Shown one piece after another: positions 1 to 9,771 of a stretch of DNA of 64,000 nucleotides. Source of the stretch: a virus; IMG/VR virus record IMGVR_UViG_3300046464_000709, positions 52,806-116,805 of that record, one strand, 5' to 3'. The notes under the pieces are model-generated. The model worked only from the letters and a program-made list of their open reading frames with translations, searched no databases and was not told the DNA's origin. Position 1 is the first letter of the stretch; every line of letters begins with the position of its first letter. Position numbers and translations under genes: made by a program.

Positions 1-846
1 TGTTATCATCAGCCCAAATCCAGCTTGCGGTTCTACCAGGCAAAAATAAAGTCTATCTATATTGGAATTATCGACTGCAGACCCAAGAAGTTGGGGCTGA
101 TTACCTCCATAGGATGAGTTTATTGAATTGAGACTGACCTTATAGTAATCTGATGGAACCCAAGCGCTAGACATCGTCATCTGAAGTATAGCATAAGAGC
201 TAGTATTATTTTTAAATGTCGCAAATGAATACGAATAGTAACTACTTATATCAGATCGGCCCATGAATGGAAAATTTTTAGGGTCAGAACATATTTGGGT
301 ATAGGCAGTGCTAGCGCCTAAACCCGTTGCTTCTGGGCCTTTCGCCCGCATTGTTGCAACAATATTTCCTGAGCCACTACCGCTTCCTCCAGCAGATGCA
401 ACAACTTTGATATATGGGTAAGTCGTAAAATTAGAGTTGCTTACATTATATGTGGCTCCAATATTTGGAATGAGCAATCCCTGACTACCTAGTACAACTT
501 GTATTGTGTTGCTAGTAATTAATGCTTGGCTTCCATAATCAGCTCTAGGAGCATCTGTCTGAGATATTTCATGATTTGATATATCTATAGCATCAGTTCC
601 AGAGTTATCTTTTGCAGCATAAACATTGTAAACTAAATCTGTCGTTCCCAAATTGTGATCAAATTGCATTTTAGCTCCGTTCGCAACATCTGTTCCGCTT
701 GCATCTTGATTTATCCATCCAGTGCTAAAATTTCCGCTTGTTCCTGCTACGCTTGCAATATCATAAATATTGTTTGCGCCTCGTTTTATGAATTTTTTAC
801 CTTTTATAGTAAAACTGTTTTCTCCGTTGTATGATGATAATGACAT
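1..846 (-). CDS. Tail-fibre-like protein, runs off the left edge of the window
   Basis: ATG at 846 opens MSLSSYNGENSFTIKGKKF...STGWINQDASGTDVANGAKMQFDHNLGTTDL, a paralog of the N-terminal module of 859-2334 (STGWVNTDG...FNHNLGTTDF). Absent from the ORF track because its stop lies outside the window. Confidence 0.7.
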   Translation of the reverse strand, partial: MSLSSYNGENSFTIKGKKFIKRGANNIYDIASVAGTSGNFSTGWINQDASGTDVANGAKMQFDHNLGTTDLVYNVYAAKDNSGTDAIDISNHEISQTDAPRADYGSQALITSNTIQVVLGSQGLLIPNIGATYNVSNSNFTTYPYIKVVASAGGSGSGSGNIVATMRAKGPEATGLGASTAYTQICSDPKNFPFMGRSDISSYYSYSFATFKNNTSSYAILQMTMSSAWVPSDYYKVSLNSINSSYGGNQPQLLGSAVDNSNIDRLYFCLVEPQAGFGLMIT

Positions 847-858
847 GATATTTTAAAA

Positions 859-2334
859 TTAAAAAACTATAAGTGAAATATAAGCGGAATCATACCAGAG
901 ATTATTAGACCCCAGCCCAATTTTAATAGAATTGTTTCCCACATTATAGAGATCAGAATACAAAATAGGATGCCCATCTGATCTTTCTGAATTATCATGA
1001 AACGCAACCGGATTCGGTACTGGACTAGTAAAAGTAACAGTATACTGACCAGCCTGATGGTCGGTAATACTTGACACATTAAAGCTATTAGAAGCACTTA
1101 ATTCTGTGGTCATATTTGATGCAGTTCCATCAAATTCTACATATGCGCGTGGGCCTGAGCCGCCACCGCCACCAGACGCAATGATTTTGATACGATATGC
1201 TGTGTTCCCAACTATATTTAAGTAATTTAATTCTCCAGGTGTCGCGGCACTCTCTCCAAGAATTTTTTCAAATATACGTATTGTGCCAGTATTTGAATCA
1301 ATAGGATTGTAATGCACTCCTGAGTCTGTACTCACACTCCATTCGTCTGACTGCAGGCCAATATTCTGCTCTTTTCCGGTAGATACATCTTGTATGTAAA
1401 CTTGTACTACAGGATATTTATTGCCAAGCATATGTGATATTGATAAGTCTGCGTAATTATCGCTAGAGCCGGCAGCATAATTTGGCACCTCCAGCCAACC
1501 ACTATCAAAATTCCCTCCGCTGCTTCCGCCGCCACCACCGCCAGCCAATAAATTGGTTCCTACTACATCAGCGCATTCAGTTAAATCGAGGTATGCACCC
1601 CTAAAAGGCGAGGCGCCTTCAAAAAATCTTAATCGATTTTCACATTGATCAAAATGTACATAACTTCCTCCGAGCGTAGAATTCGGAGCTTTTTCGAAAG
1701 CCATTTCTCCACCTTCGTTTCCAGATACAATTCCAGAACCAACTATCATTCCTGGAGCAAAAAGATTGCTGCCATCAAATTTTAAATTTACATTGGCGCC
1801 AAATGCTCCATTGTCATTGAATTGAAGTTGACGATCTGATCCGGCAGGCGTTCCTCCTCCACCACCAGATCCCATTTTTGCAGATACAACAACTTTTACA
1901 TATTTTGAAGCCCAGCTTTCTTTACTCCAGGTTCCAGAGCTGGAAACATTAAAAAATCCTCCAGCACCTAATTGAAGAGAAAGCTGGGTTTCGGATATGT
2001 TATCAATAATAGCTCCATCCATTTTTGAGCCGGCACTAGATGCAGCGCTATCAGTAAATATTTGATACGCGTTGCTTCCCAACGAATCATGTGATACCCA
2101 AATTTGAATCACAAAATCTGTCGTTCCTAAATTATGATTAAAAGTCAAAGTCGCACCATCTGCAACTGCTGTGGTTCCATCTGTGTTGACCCATCCAGTA
2201 CTAAATGCAGAACCATCTGTTCCTGCTGAGATATCATAAACCACTGCGCCGTTATCAACTCTTCGAGTATAAGTTTTTCCTCCAAATGAAAATGAATTCA
2301 TGGAGTTGTTGGTTAATGTATCTTTAATTGACAT
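859..2334 (-). CDS. Tail fibre / receptor-binding-like protein
   Basis: Gly-rich linkers between modules, PAGSDRQLQFNDNGAFG motif typical of fibres, C-terminal RAYVEFDG...SFNVSSITD...G.YT.TF tip module. Confidence 0.7.
   Translation of the reverse strand: MSIKDTLTNNSMNSFSFGGKTYTRRVDNGAVVYDISAGTDGSAFSTGWVNTDGTTAVADGATLTFNHNLGTTDFVIQIWVSHDSLGSNAYQIFTDSAASSAGSKMDGAIIDNISETQLSLQLGAGGFFNVSSSGTWSKESWASKYVKVVVSAKMGSGGGGGTPAGSDRQLQFNDNGAFGANVNLKFDGSNLFAPGMIVGSGIVSGNEGGEMAFEKAPNSTLGGSYVHFDQCENRLRFFEGASPFRGAYLDLTECADVVGTNLLAGGGGGGSSGGNFDSGWLEVPNYAAGSSDNYADLSISHMLGNKYPVVQVYIQDVSTGKEQNIGLQSDEWSVSTDSGVHYNPIDSNTGTIRIFEKILGESAATPGELNYLNIVGNTAYRIKIIASGGGGGSGPRAYVEFDGTASNMTTELSASNSFNVSSITDHQAGQYTVTFTSPVPNPVAFHDNSERSDGHPILYSDLYNVGNNSIKIGLGSNNLWYDSAYISLIVF
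1070..1146. repeat. 77-bp exact direct repeat, copy 1 (copy 2 at 3651-3727)
   Basis: cttgacacattaaagctattagaagc...caaattctacatatgc is identical in both fibre genes. Confidence 0.95.
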
Positions 2335-2337
2335 GAT

Positions 2338-2574
2338 TTATAGATTTTGTAATTTTTCTTTTAATTGCTCGGCATCTGTGCAAGCATCAATTTCGTCCTG
2401 CATGGTAGTATATTTTGCGCGAATTTTAACGCGCTCAGCTTCTGCATCATCGAAATCATTGCCTGGAATTTGTTTCATAATAATTTCGTCATACGACTTA
2501 AATTCTTCGGCTCTAGCTTCACGACGAGCAGAATGTACAATTTCTTTTGCTTTTGGTAAATTAATTTTGATCAT
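2338..2574 (-). CDS. Small tail-fibre-associated protein
   Basis: INLPKAKEIVHSARREARAEEF motif resembles small proteins next to marine-phage fibres. Start moved to the second Met. Confidence 0.5.
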   Translation of the reverse strand: MIKINLPKAKEIVHSARREARAEEFKSYDEIIMKQIPGNDFDDAEAERVKIRAKYTTMQDEIDACTDAEQLKEKLQNL

Positions 2575-3403
2575 CTTGATTTTCCTCGGGTTGTGGCTCA
2601 GATTCAACTTCTGGCTCGGGTTCTGGTTGAGGTTCTTCGTATCCTCTGCGACTTTCCAAAGGAAGCTTGGTTAATAATTCTTGTAATTTGCTTTCGCATT
2701 CAGCAACATCTGCTTGATATTGTTCAACCATAGCTTCAATTTCAGAAACTGCAGATTCAATAGATTCTGCAACACCTTTAAGGCTTTCAAGATCAGCTTT
2801 TTTCGAATCAAGTTCTGTAGTTGCTTCTGCAGCTGCTCGCTTTTTGGCAAACAAATCATCTTGAACTTTAAATGCTTCATCTGCAACCTTACGCAATTCA
2901 ATGGCGCTATTTTTTTGCTCTTCGGTTGGTTCTTCAGAATCTGCTACAACAGCTTCTGCAGCAGATAATTTGGTTTCCCAGTCTGTTTTTTTCTCGAAAG
3001 CTTCTGCTTTTACAACTTCCCATGCAGCAAGTAATTCTTCTTGTTTAGGTTCAAGCTCAGCAATTTCTTGCTTAAGCGATTCGATGCTTTCATTGTTTTT
3101 GGATAAATTTTCTTTTTCTTCGCTCAAACGTGATTCTACATATTTAAGGTTAGATTTGCAGTTTTCAAGTTTTGCTTGAGCTTCTACTTCGCCGCCAATT
3201 CCATCATTCAAATCGGCGTCATCAATATCCCAGGCGTCGCGAAATGTTCGGTCAGCAGGAACTTCGTCGGTTGTGCCGATTCTGTATAGTGTTCCGAATT
3301 TGAGCATTTTTTGCGCCTGCTCGTGAACTTTGTCAACCGATAAATTGTCCACAAAATGTGTGACGGCTACGGTTGGATCATTATATATTAATATATTTTT
3401 CAT
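2561..3403 (-). CDS. Tail-fibre-associated protein with long coiled coil
   Basis: N-terminal VPADRTFRDAW motif, then about 170 aa of E/K/A-rich heptads and an EPQP tail. Confidence 0.55.
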   Translation of the reverse strand: MKNILIYNDPTVAVTHFVDNLSVDKVHEQAQKMLKFGTLYRIGTTDEVPADRTFRDAWDIDDADLNDGIGGEVEAQAKLENCKSNLKYVESRLSEEKENLSKNNESIESLKQEIAELEPKQEELLAAWEVVKAEAFEKKTDWETKLSAAEAVVADSEEPTEEQKNSAIELRKVADEAFKVQDDLFAKKRAAAEATTELDSKKADLESLKGVAESIESAVSEIEAMVEQYQADVAECESKLQELLTKLPLESRRGYEEPQPEPEPEVESEPQPEENQDDQN

Positions 3404-3412
3404 GATTAAAAA

Positions 3413-5017
3413 TTAGTGAACTATAAGCGAAACATAACTGGGATTATGGTGACTACCAAGGTTACCACCGCTATCTATTTCATTGATTCTGAGTACTACA
3501 GCCGAGCTTGAAACGCTAGATATTCTGGCAAGAACATGATTATCGCTGCCAACGGAGGTGTTCGGGTTGAGGGCGTGCGCATTGACTACCGGGTTAGTTA
3601 CTGGGCTTGTAAATGTGATAGTATAGATTCCAGTTCCACCATCTGTGATGCTTGACACATTAAAGCTATTAGAAGCACTTAATTCTGTGGTCATATTTGA
3701 TGCAGTTCCATCAAATTCTACATATGCACGCGGACCAGTTCCGCCACCACCGCCGCCATTTGCTTGAATCCATCCGCCAATTGAATCGGTATAAACATAA
3801 AGTGCAGCGCTACTTTCGTCGTACCATAAATCTCCATCAGATGCGCTAGCTGGAACAGTCTCATCAGTACTAACACTTGCTCCGCCGCCTCCGCCGCCTC
3901 CGCCGCCTCCGCCGCCACCACCAGCATTAATTTTGAATATTGAAAGCCTACCTTTTAACGTGGGAACGTTATCGGAGCTACAGGTGTATTCAAAGTAAAG
4001 CTTATTCCCTGCATTTAAATATCTTGCGCCTGAAAAGTTTAAAGTTTCTTGGTTTTCTCCTGCTACTTGGCCTGCTGCAGCTAAATTTTCAGGAGAACCA
4101 TTCGGAATGGTGTCTCCTGTGTGCAGTCGTAAGGAGATTGATGTAGAAGTATTTACATTAAGTTGAATTGACGCATTAAGTTGATAAAATCCACTATCCG
4201 GCACGGTAAATACTGCGGCTCGATCAGTGCCCGTACCGCTTCCATTTCCTGTTGATAAACTGCTTGTATCATCTGTATGAATTGTTGCGGTAATATTTGC
4301 AGCGCTATCGTCAAAGCAAAACCATCCTCCGCCTCCAGACATGTGGGCTGCATTTGCCGTAAATTCAGCATCAATATTTACCGCAGCACTTGATCCACCA
4401 ACAGCTCCATTGGTTTGAATCCATGCATCTCTATCTGCAAAGTATACATACAATGAAGCAGTATCTGAATCCCACCATAAATCGCCATCGCTTGGCGAGC
4501 CAGGAGCATCTGTCGAAACAGAAATTGAACCACCGCCTGTACCGGGTGTGCCTCCAACACCTCCTTTTGTTATGATTTCATTTATTTTTGTACGAATTTG
4601 ATCAACAGAAACTGATGCTCGAGCTCCACCAAGATTATTTCCGGGCAATAAACCAGTACCGTATCCATCTTCAGGGCCACCATTTACGACTGGATGAGAG
4701 ACTTTTATCTTTCCATTCATTACAGGATGAGAACTACAAACATATGTATACGAACCTTCTCCAAGTAAATTTGCATCAGATATTAAAGCAATTTGTCCGT
4801 TCGATTCGGTCACTTGCCACGAAACATAATCTGCGCTCAAATTCATTACATGACCGCCGCTAGCATTGGTTATGGTTATATCGTCATCGCTGCGAATATA
4901 AATTGTCGGATTTGGAGCATCTTCTAAACCGTGTCCGTTCCATAAATATGCAGAGTTGTCAGATGCAGCAGTAACAGTATAATTATACGATTTAGATAAA
5001 TTGGTTCGATTACTCAT
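3413..5017 (-). CDS. Tail fibre / virion structural protein
   Basis: Two P.S.SDGDLW.D repeats, poly-Gly linkers, same C-terminal tip module as 859-2334. Confidence 0.7.
   Translation of the reverse strand: MSNRTNLSKSYNYTVTAASDNSAYLWNGHGLEDAPNPTIYIRSDDDITITNASGGHVMNLSADYVSWQVTESNGQIALISDANLLGEGSYTYVCSSHPVMNGKIKVSHPVVNGGPEDGYGTGLLPGNNLGGARASVSVDQIRTKINEIITKGGVGGTPGTGGGSISVSTDAPGSPSDGDLWWDSDTASLYVYFADRDAWIQTNGAVGGSSAAVNIDAEFTANAAHMSGGGGWFCFDDSAANITATIHTDDTSSLSTGNGSGTGTDRAAVFTVPDSGFYQLNASIQLNVNTSTSISLRLHTGDTIPNGSPENLAAAGQVAGENQETLNFSGARYLNAGNKLYFEYTCSSDNVPTLKGRLSIFKINAGGGGGGGGGGGGGGASVSTDETVPASASDGDLWYDESSAALYVYTDSIGGWIQANGGGGGGTGPRAYVEFDGTASNMTTELSASNSFNVSSITDGGTGIYTITFTSPVTNPVVNAHALNPNTSVGSDNHVLARISSVSSSAVVLRINEIDSGGNLGSHHNPSYVSLIVH
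3651..3727. repeat. 77-bp exact direct repeat, copy 2
   Basis: Identical to 1070-1146. Confidence 0.95.
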
Positions 5018-5038
5018 TCTATTTGATTACACTATAGT

Positions 5039-5770
5039 CTATTTTTTGCTTTGAATTTTTGTTATTACAAATTTTAGTATTTCACTTCGCATGATATCTT
5101 CTGCGCCAAAGTGAAAAGTATGAACTCCTTGAGCTTTACTTTCTTCGTCATTAAATAATCGATACATATCTGCAAATCCACTTTTGCCATTAATGTCGCT
5201 CTGCATAGGATCACCGCAAATGATCAATTTGCTGCCCTCGCCAAGTCGAGTCATTAATGTTGTCAATTCTTTGAATGTGAAATTTTGAGATTCATCCGCG
5301 ATTACTATCTCATCACGCCAACTAGCTCCGCGCAAATAATTGACAGGCATACCTTTAACAATGTCTTTCTCTTTGACAATACTTGCTTGCCCAGGAATCA
5401 ATAACTCGTCGAGCTTTTCATTCATTGGCATCATATATGGATTGATTTTCTCGGCCATTTCTCCGGGTAATGCGCCAAGACTTTTTTCGCCACTTTCAGC
5501 AATCGTGCGAACATATGTAATGCCGCGCTCATTTTTCATATTGTATAATTGTAATGCGCCGTAAATCGCGACATACGTTTTACTCGTTCCGGCGGGCCCA
5601 CTTATAAATATTATCTTTGATTCACTGTCAAATATTATTTTTAATAATTGGTTTTGTTTTTCAGTTAAATTTATTTTCTTTAACTTGATGTTTATTTTTG
5701 TTAATGATTTACGAATTTTTTCGATTTCGTCTTCATTCACGATTTCTGGTTTTTTCTTGCGTCGAGGCAT
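5039..5770 (-). CDS. phoH: PhoH-family ATPase
   Basis: GPAGTSKT Walker A, LGALPG, YLRGAS, IADESQN and IICGDPMQSD motifs. Confidence 0.92.
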   Translation of the reverse strand: MPRRKKKPEIVNEDEIEKIRKSLTKINIKLKKINLTEKQNQLLKIIFDSESKIIFISGPAGTSKTYVAIYGALQLYNMKNERGITYVRTIAESGEKSLGALPGEMAEKINPYMMPMNEKLDELLIPGQASIVKEKDIVKGMPVNYLRGASWRDEIVIADESQNFTFKELTTLMTRLGEGSKLIICGDPMQSDINGKSGFADMYRLFNDEESKAQGVHTFHFGAEDIMRSEILKFVITKIQSKK

Positions 5771-6108
5771 GATATATATTATTGTATAATAAAGTACACC
5801 TTTTTTAAGTTTTTTTAAAAGGCGGGCCGGATGTTTAATAATTATAAATAGGTTATTTTATAAAGGGCCGCCGATTTTTTTCGAATCGAACATATATATT
5901 GTAATTTATAATATGAAATTCATATTGAAAAAAGGCACCCCCCGCCGGTATTGCACAATTCAATTGAAAAATTAATCCATTTAATGGGTAGGGTCAGCCG
6001 GTGGGGGGGTATAGTGCAATAAAATAGTTTAATCTTTTTTCACTTTTTTCTTGCGTTTTGGTCAGAATATGTTAGATTGTATATATAGTAAGTTAAACAA
6101 TAAAAAAT

Positions 6109-6324
6109 ATGAAATTATCAAAACCACAATTCGCATCCAACCCTAACGCCGACATGATCCTTCATGCTCTTACACTTGAAGAGTTGAACGAAGAGTTTAC
6201 TCTCGCTCGGTTGTCATTAATGGATCTTGAGGAAGGGTCTGAAGAATACGAAGAACGCGAAGCGTACCTCGAAACCCTTAACGATTTCAGAATCGAAGCA
6301 ATCGGCATTTCTGAATTCGCTTAA
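6109..6324 (+). CDS. Small acidic hypothetical protein (early region)
   Basis: ORF downstream of a TTGCGT...TAGATT promoter-like sequence. Confidence 0.6.
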   Translation: MKLSKPQFASNPNADMILHALTLEELNEEFTLARLSLMDLEEGSEEYEEREAYLETLNDFRIEAIGISEFA

Positions 6325-6363
6325 AGCTTGACACATTCACACAAACCCTTTATTCTCTATACT

Positions 6364-6585
6364 ATGACAGAAACAATTAAAACAATAAAAAAATATCCAA
6401 CTCTCGAATGCTCGCTTGCAATGGCTAAAGCCGAAGGCAATTTAAAGTTTCTTGCATCTGCTAACATGGCGACCTTTACGCAAGGCGAGGCAGTGCTTGA
6501 CGCATTGCACGCATTACAACAAGCTCGCAAAGAGTTTGCCAAGGTAACCAAGGAAGTCGCTGAATTAAGAGACGGCTTAATTTAA
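6364..6585 (+). CDS. Small hypothetical protein, paralog family A
   Basis: TTGACA...TATTCT promoter just upstream of the ATG at 6364; LAMAKAEGNL...QG..VLDAL..LQQARKEF shared with 7102-7332. Confidence 0.7.
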   Translation: MTETIKTIKKYPTLECSLAMAKAEGNLKFLASANMATFTQGEAVLDALHALQQARKEFAKVTKEVAELRDGLI

Positions 6586-6643
6586 TGCTTGAAATAATAA
6601 TAATCTCATTCATGATAGGAATCATAACAGCACTAAAAGAATT

Positions 6644-6952
6644 ATGCGAAAAGTAACACAACAAATTAAACAAGCATTTGAACGCGGCGAAGCCAAGACA
6701 GTTGGCAATACCACCACAGACGGCAACACCGTTTGGTTACATGGCAACGCGATTGTCAAGCGTGACCCTGACGGCTTGGTTAGATGGTCGCTTGCAGGAT
6801 GGAACACACCCACCACACGCGAACGCGTCAATGGCATAGCCAATGCAGATGTCTGTCAATTCAAATTCGAGCCTGTACTAAACGGGCAAGTGATTGACTC
6901 ATCCGATTGGTTCGCATCGCCACCCAAGTTGCCCGACCTTCTAGTGTTCTAA
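6644..6952 (+). CDS. Hypothetical phage protein
   Basis: 102-aa ORF (LHGNAI...LAGWNTPTTRERVNGI). Its TAA stop is the first 3 nt of repeat module 1. Confidence 0.7.
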   Translation: MRKVTQQIKQAFERGEAKTVGNTTTDGNTVWLHGNAIVKRDPDGLVRWSLAGWNTPTTRERVNGIANADVCQFKFEPVLNGQVIDSSDWFASPPKLPDLLVF

Positions 6953-7026
6953 GTAGCACAAGATCAACGACTTAGGGCAAATCGCCCTAGCCGTTTTCTC
7001 GTAACTCGTTGAATACCAACGGCTTA
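6950..7026. repeat. Paired-palindrome module 1 (IHF-like cores)
   Basis: 25-bp units at 6950-6974 and 7002-7026 with a 27-bp linker gggcaaatcgccctagccgttttctcg. Confidence 0.9.
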
Positions 7027-7066
7027 CAACAAAATAAAAAAAAGTTAAAATAAATCAAAATAATGC

Positions 7067-7095
7067 TTGACTTTTGCCGTTTTGTCTGATACATT
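7067..7095 (+). promoter_or_regulatory. sigma70-type promoter, leaderless (representative)
   Basis: TTGACT-17 nt-TACATT, then 6 nt to the ATG at 7102. Confidence 0.75.
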
Positions 7096-7101
7096 GTATA
7101 T

Positions 7102-7332
7102 ATGATTAAGAATAATAAAGTTGAAGAAATAAGAAAAGAATTGGATTTGGATCTCGACCTTGGCTTGGCATTGGCTGAAGCAGAAGGCAACTTGAACCAC
7201 TTGGCACGAGAATCAAATTCTGCTAATTGGAAAGGTTCGATCACTCAAGGCATGACTATCCTTGACGCATTGAACGCAGTACAAAAAGCAAGAAAAGCTT
7301 TTCAACAAATAAAGCAAAATAAAACAAAATAA
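7102..7332 (+). CDS. Small hypothetical protein, paralog family A
   Basis: LALAEAEGNL...QGMTILDALNAVQKARKAF. Confidence 0.7.
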   Translation: MIKNNKVEEIRKELDLDLDLGLALAEAEGNLNHLARESNSANWKGSITQGMTILDALNAVQKARKAFQQIKQNKTK

Positions 7333-7401
7333 AGTTTGCAATTACGCCCCAACTGTGTTACCTTTAGGTATAAGATAAATTAAATAATAACAATAAAAAT
7401 T

Positions 7402-7587
7402 ATGAACTCAACATTAATAAAATTCCGAATCAGCGAGACTGAAAGAAATCTCCGAAACGCTACCGACTCGCAAGAGATCGCTCAACTTGAGAAGGATCTC
7501 AAGGGGTGGAAGACTCATTTGCACAACACCGAAATGATTGAATTCGAAGAGCGTGTCGGCTTCAAGTCAATGGAGCGTAACGCTTAA
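7402..7587 (+). CDS. Small hypothetical protein
   Basis: ORF in the co-oriented series, with an upstream promoter-like sequence. Confidence 0.55.
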   Translation: MNSTLIKFRISETERNLRNATDSQEIAQLEKDLKGWKTHLHNTEMIEFEERVGFKSMERNA

Positions 7588-7638
7588 ATAAATAAAAATA
7601 AAGCTCGACTTTTACAAATAAATACATTAGATTAAGAT

Positions 7639-7833
7639 ATGATTAAAAATAAAATACAAGTAAGAATCAAAGAGTGGTCAACTCATTGGTCAGTAAAAAT
7701 CTTCGATCAAGGTATCGACTCAGATGGCAATGATCGCCCACGAGTAAGGACTGCATCAAGTCAATCGCATCTTGATAAGATCATGCGAGACGAAGGCCTT
7801 AATCAGTTTCGTTTTAATGTTGTTTTTCAATAA
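7639..7833 (+). CDS. Small hypothetical protein
   Basis: ATG 5 nt after a TAGATT -10 box. Confidence 0.6.
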   Translation: MIKNKIQVRIKEWSTHWSVKIFDQGIDSDGNDRPRVRTASSQSHLDKIMRDEGLNQFRFNVVFQ

Positions 7834-7874
7834 TAAAGCTTGACTTGCCAAAATAAACTCATTAGTATAGTAAA

Positions 7875-8156
7875 ATGTTAAAGAATAAAAAATTCATCGC
7901 AAATGTTCATGTTTCTTCTATAGAGGGAAGACAAAAGCTTCCTTTGTGGAATACGAACACAAATTCGTTCATTGATACGCACATGACAAATAACATCTTT
8001 GAAATCGAAGCTGAAGACAAGCACGAAGTAAGAAGAAAAGTTAAGGCTCTCGTGAATAAGCTTCAAACCAAAGTTCAATTCAAGCGTGGTCTTGTGGGCA
8101 AAGAAGGCGATAATGCTATGTGGTACATCAACAGAATAACAGAAAAAAACTCTTGA
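7875..8156 (+). CDS. Small hypothetical protein
   Basis: TTGACT...TAGTAT, then 6 nt to the ATG. Confidence 0.6.
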   Translation: MLKNKKFIANVHVSSIEGRQKLPLWNTNTNSFIDTHMTNNIFEIEAEDKHEVRRKVKALVNKLQTKVQFKRGLVGKEGDNAMWYINRITEKNS

Positions 8157-8187
8157 CTCTATCGCAAAAATTTGCTTTAATAATAAA

Positions 8188-8343
8188 ATGATAAACGTAT
8201 TCAGAAATCCGAATTTCTCAAATTGGTTTAATGTCGCCTTTAATGGCAAGCTAATTGACGGAGCAAGAACTCATGCACAAGCTATTGAAATAGCTAATCG
8301 TTTAAGCGTAAAGTACAAGTCACCTATTCTCTCGAGTAAGTAA
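8188..8343 (+). CDS. Small hypothetical protein (51 aa, below the track cutoff)
   Basis: MINVFRNPNFSNWFNVAFNGKLIDGART... after a TTGACT...TTTAAT promoter. Confidence 0.55.
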   Translation: MINVFRNPNFSNWFNVAFNGKLIDGARTHAQAIEIANRLSVKYKSPILSSK

Positions 8344-8362
8344 ACAAAACTGCAGTTTTCCC

Positions 8363-8439
8363 CAAGTCGCTAAGTATCAACGACTTAGGGCAAACCGCCC
8401 TCCGGAGTTTTCCGTAACTCGTTGAGCGGCAACGACTTA
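8363..8439. repeat. Paired-palindrome module 2
   Basis: Units at 8363-8387 and 8415-8439. 8378-8449 is identical to 9581-9652. Confidence 0.92.
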
Positions 8440-8774
8440 CAACAAAATCGATACAGATTCCGTGCCAATCTTCCAAGAAAATCGCAGCCAAATCGTGCAA
8501 TAAAATAGTCGAAAGGTAAGTGAAAAAACCTCTTGACTTTGCTCCATTTTCTGATACATTGTATATATAACATTAAATTAATATAACAAAAATAAATTAT
8601 GAATTACGACATCTTGCTTCTTTTAACTTTTATTCCTGCTTTCTTCTTTATGTACAAATCTATGACAGAAAAGAAAATTGATCTTTTTTCAGATGTGAGT
8701 AAAGAAAAGCTTGACACAAAATAAAATTACTATAATATAAAATACTATAAAGTTAATTGCTAAAAATAAAAAAT

Positions 8775-9320
8775 ATGAAAATTAAAATATCTGAAGCTTG
8801 GAATAAACATCATGGAAAAAACTCTGTAAAGAGTAACCGAACAGATCTCGATCTCGGAGATATGCTGAAAATTTCAGAACAAATTCAAATCCAATCAGAG
8901 CTTGAGGGAATCGAAAAATTGCAAAAGATGATCGAAGCAAAAAAGAAAGAGATTGCAAACATCAAAGAAAAATACAAAAAAATAAGAAACAAAATTGCTC
9001 ACGACCCAAAAGTGGAAATGTTGACAGAATCACAAGAAAGACACTGCTTTCTTAAATCAATTTCAAATCTTGGAGTAAGAAAAAAGAGTCTTGGATGCTC
9101 GCTCGATCAATTCAGAATATTCTTAGATGTTCAACTCGAAGACGGCAAGTCTTGGTCTAATTGGACAAATAAAAATGTAGACAACGCTTGGAACATTGAT
9201 CACATACAAGAGCGACAAAGTGGAGGAGGAAATCATTGGTCAAACTTCGTACCTCGTGACAGAAAAGAAAATCTTAATAAAGGCAAACTCGAAAGTGCAT
9301 TTAATCATTTCTTAAAATAA
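8775..9320 (+). CDS. HNH-type endonuclease
   Basis: C-terminal WNIDHIQERQSGGGNHWSNFVP...ENLNKG. Start moved to the ATG at 8775. Confidence 0.65.
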   Translation: MKIKISEAWNKHHGKNSVKSNRTDLDLGDMLKISEQIQIQSELEGIEKLQKMIEAKKKEIANIKEKYKKIRNKIAHDPKVEMLTESQERHCFLKSISNLGVRKKSLGCSLDQFRIFLDVQLEDGKSWSNWTNKNVDNAWNIDHIQERQSGGGNHWSNFVPRDRKENLNKGKLESAFNHFLK

Positions 9321-9368
9321 TTCACATTCACGCTTGACAGAAACAAAAAAATAGATTAGATTATACTT

Positions 9369-9563
9369 ATGAACGAAAAACAAAGACTACAAAAAATAAT
9401 TGACGAAAATCTCGAAGATGCAGAAAATGGCTCTTCATCGGCTAGGATGTGCGTAATCGCAGCTCAGGCAGATCTTGACAGAATCGCACAAGCAGAGGTT
9501 AGCGAGTTAGAGGCGTACATTGCTAGCACTCCACTGCCTGACCCGTTAATTTTGGTTGACTAG
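9369..9563 (+). CDS. Small hypothetical protein
   Basis: TTGACA...TAGATT-6 nt-ATG; ends 2 nt before module 3. Confidence 0.65.
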   Translation: MNEKQRLQKIIDENLEDAENGSSSARMCVIAAQADLDRIAQAEVSELEAYIASTPLPDPLILVD

Positions 9564-9565
9564 CG

Positions 9566-9642
9566 TAAAGCGTTAGTAACCAACGACTTAGGGCAAACCG
9601 CCCTCCGGAGTTTTCCGTAACTCGTTGAGCGGCAACGACTTA
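9566..9642. repeat. Paired-palindrome module 3
   Basis: Units at 9566-9590 and 9618-9642. Confidence 0.92.
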
Positions 9643-9771
9643 CAACAAAATCAATACAGATTCCGTGCCAACTTCGCAAGAAAACCGCAGTCGAATTGTG
9701 CAAAAACATAGTTGAAAGGTAAGTGAGAAAAAGCTTGCAATTCACTAAAAAATAGATTAGATTACTTGTAT

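Noticed and set aside
8451-8468. sigma54-like TTGGCACG on the - strand (also about 9654-9671)
   Set aside because: The -12 element reads GT instead of GC, and it points into the repeat, antisense to the genes.
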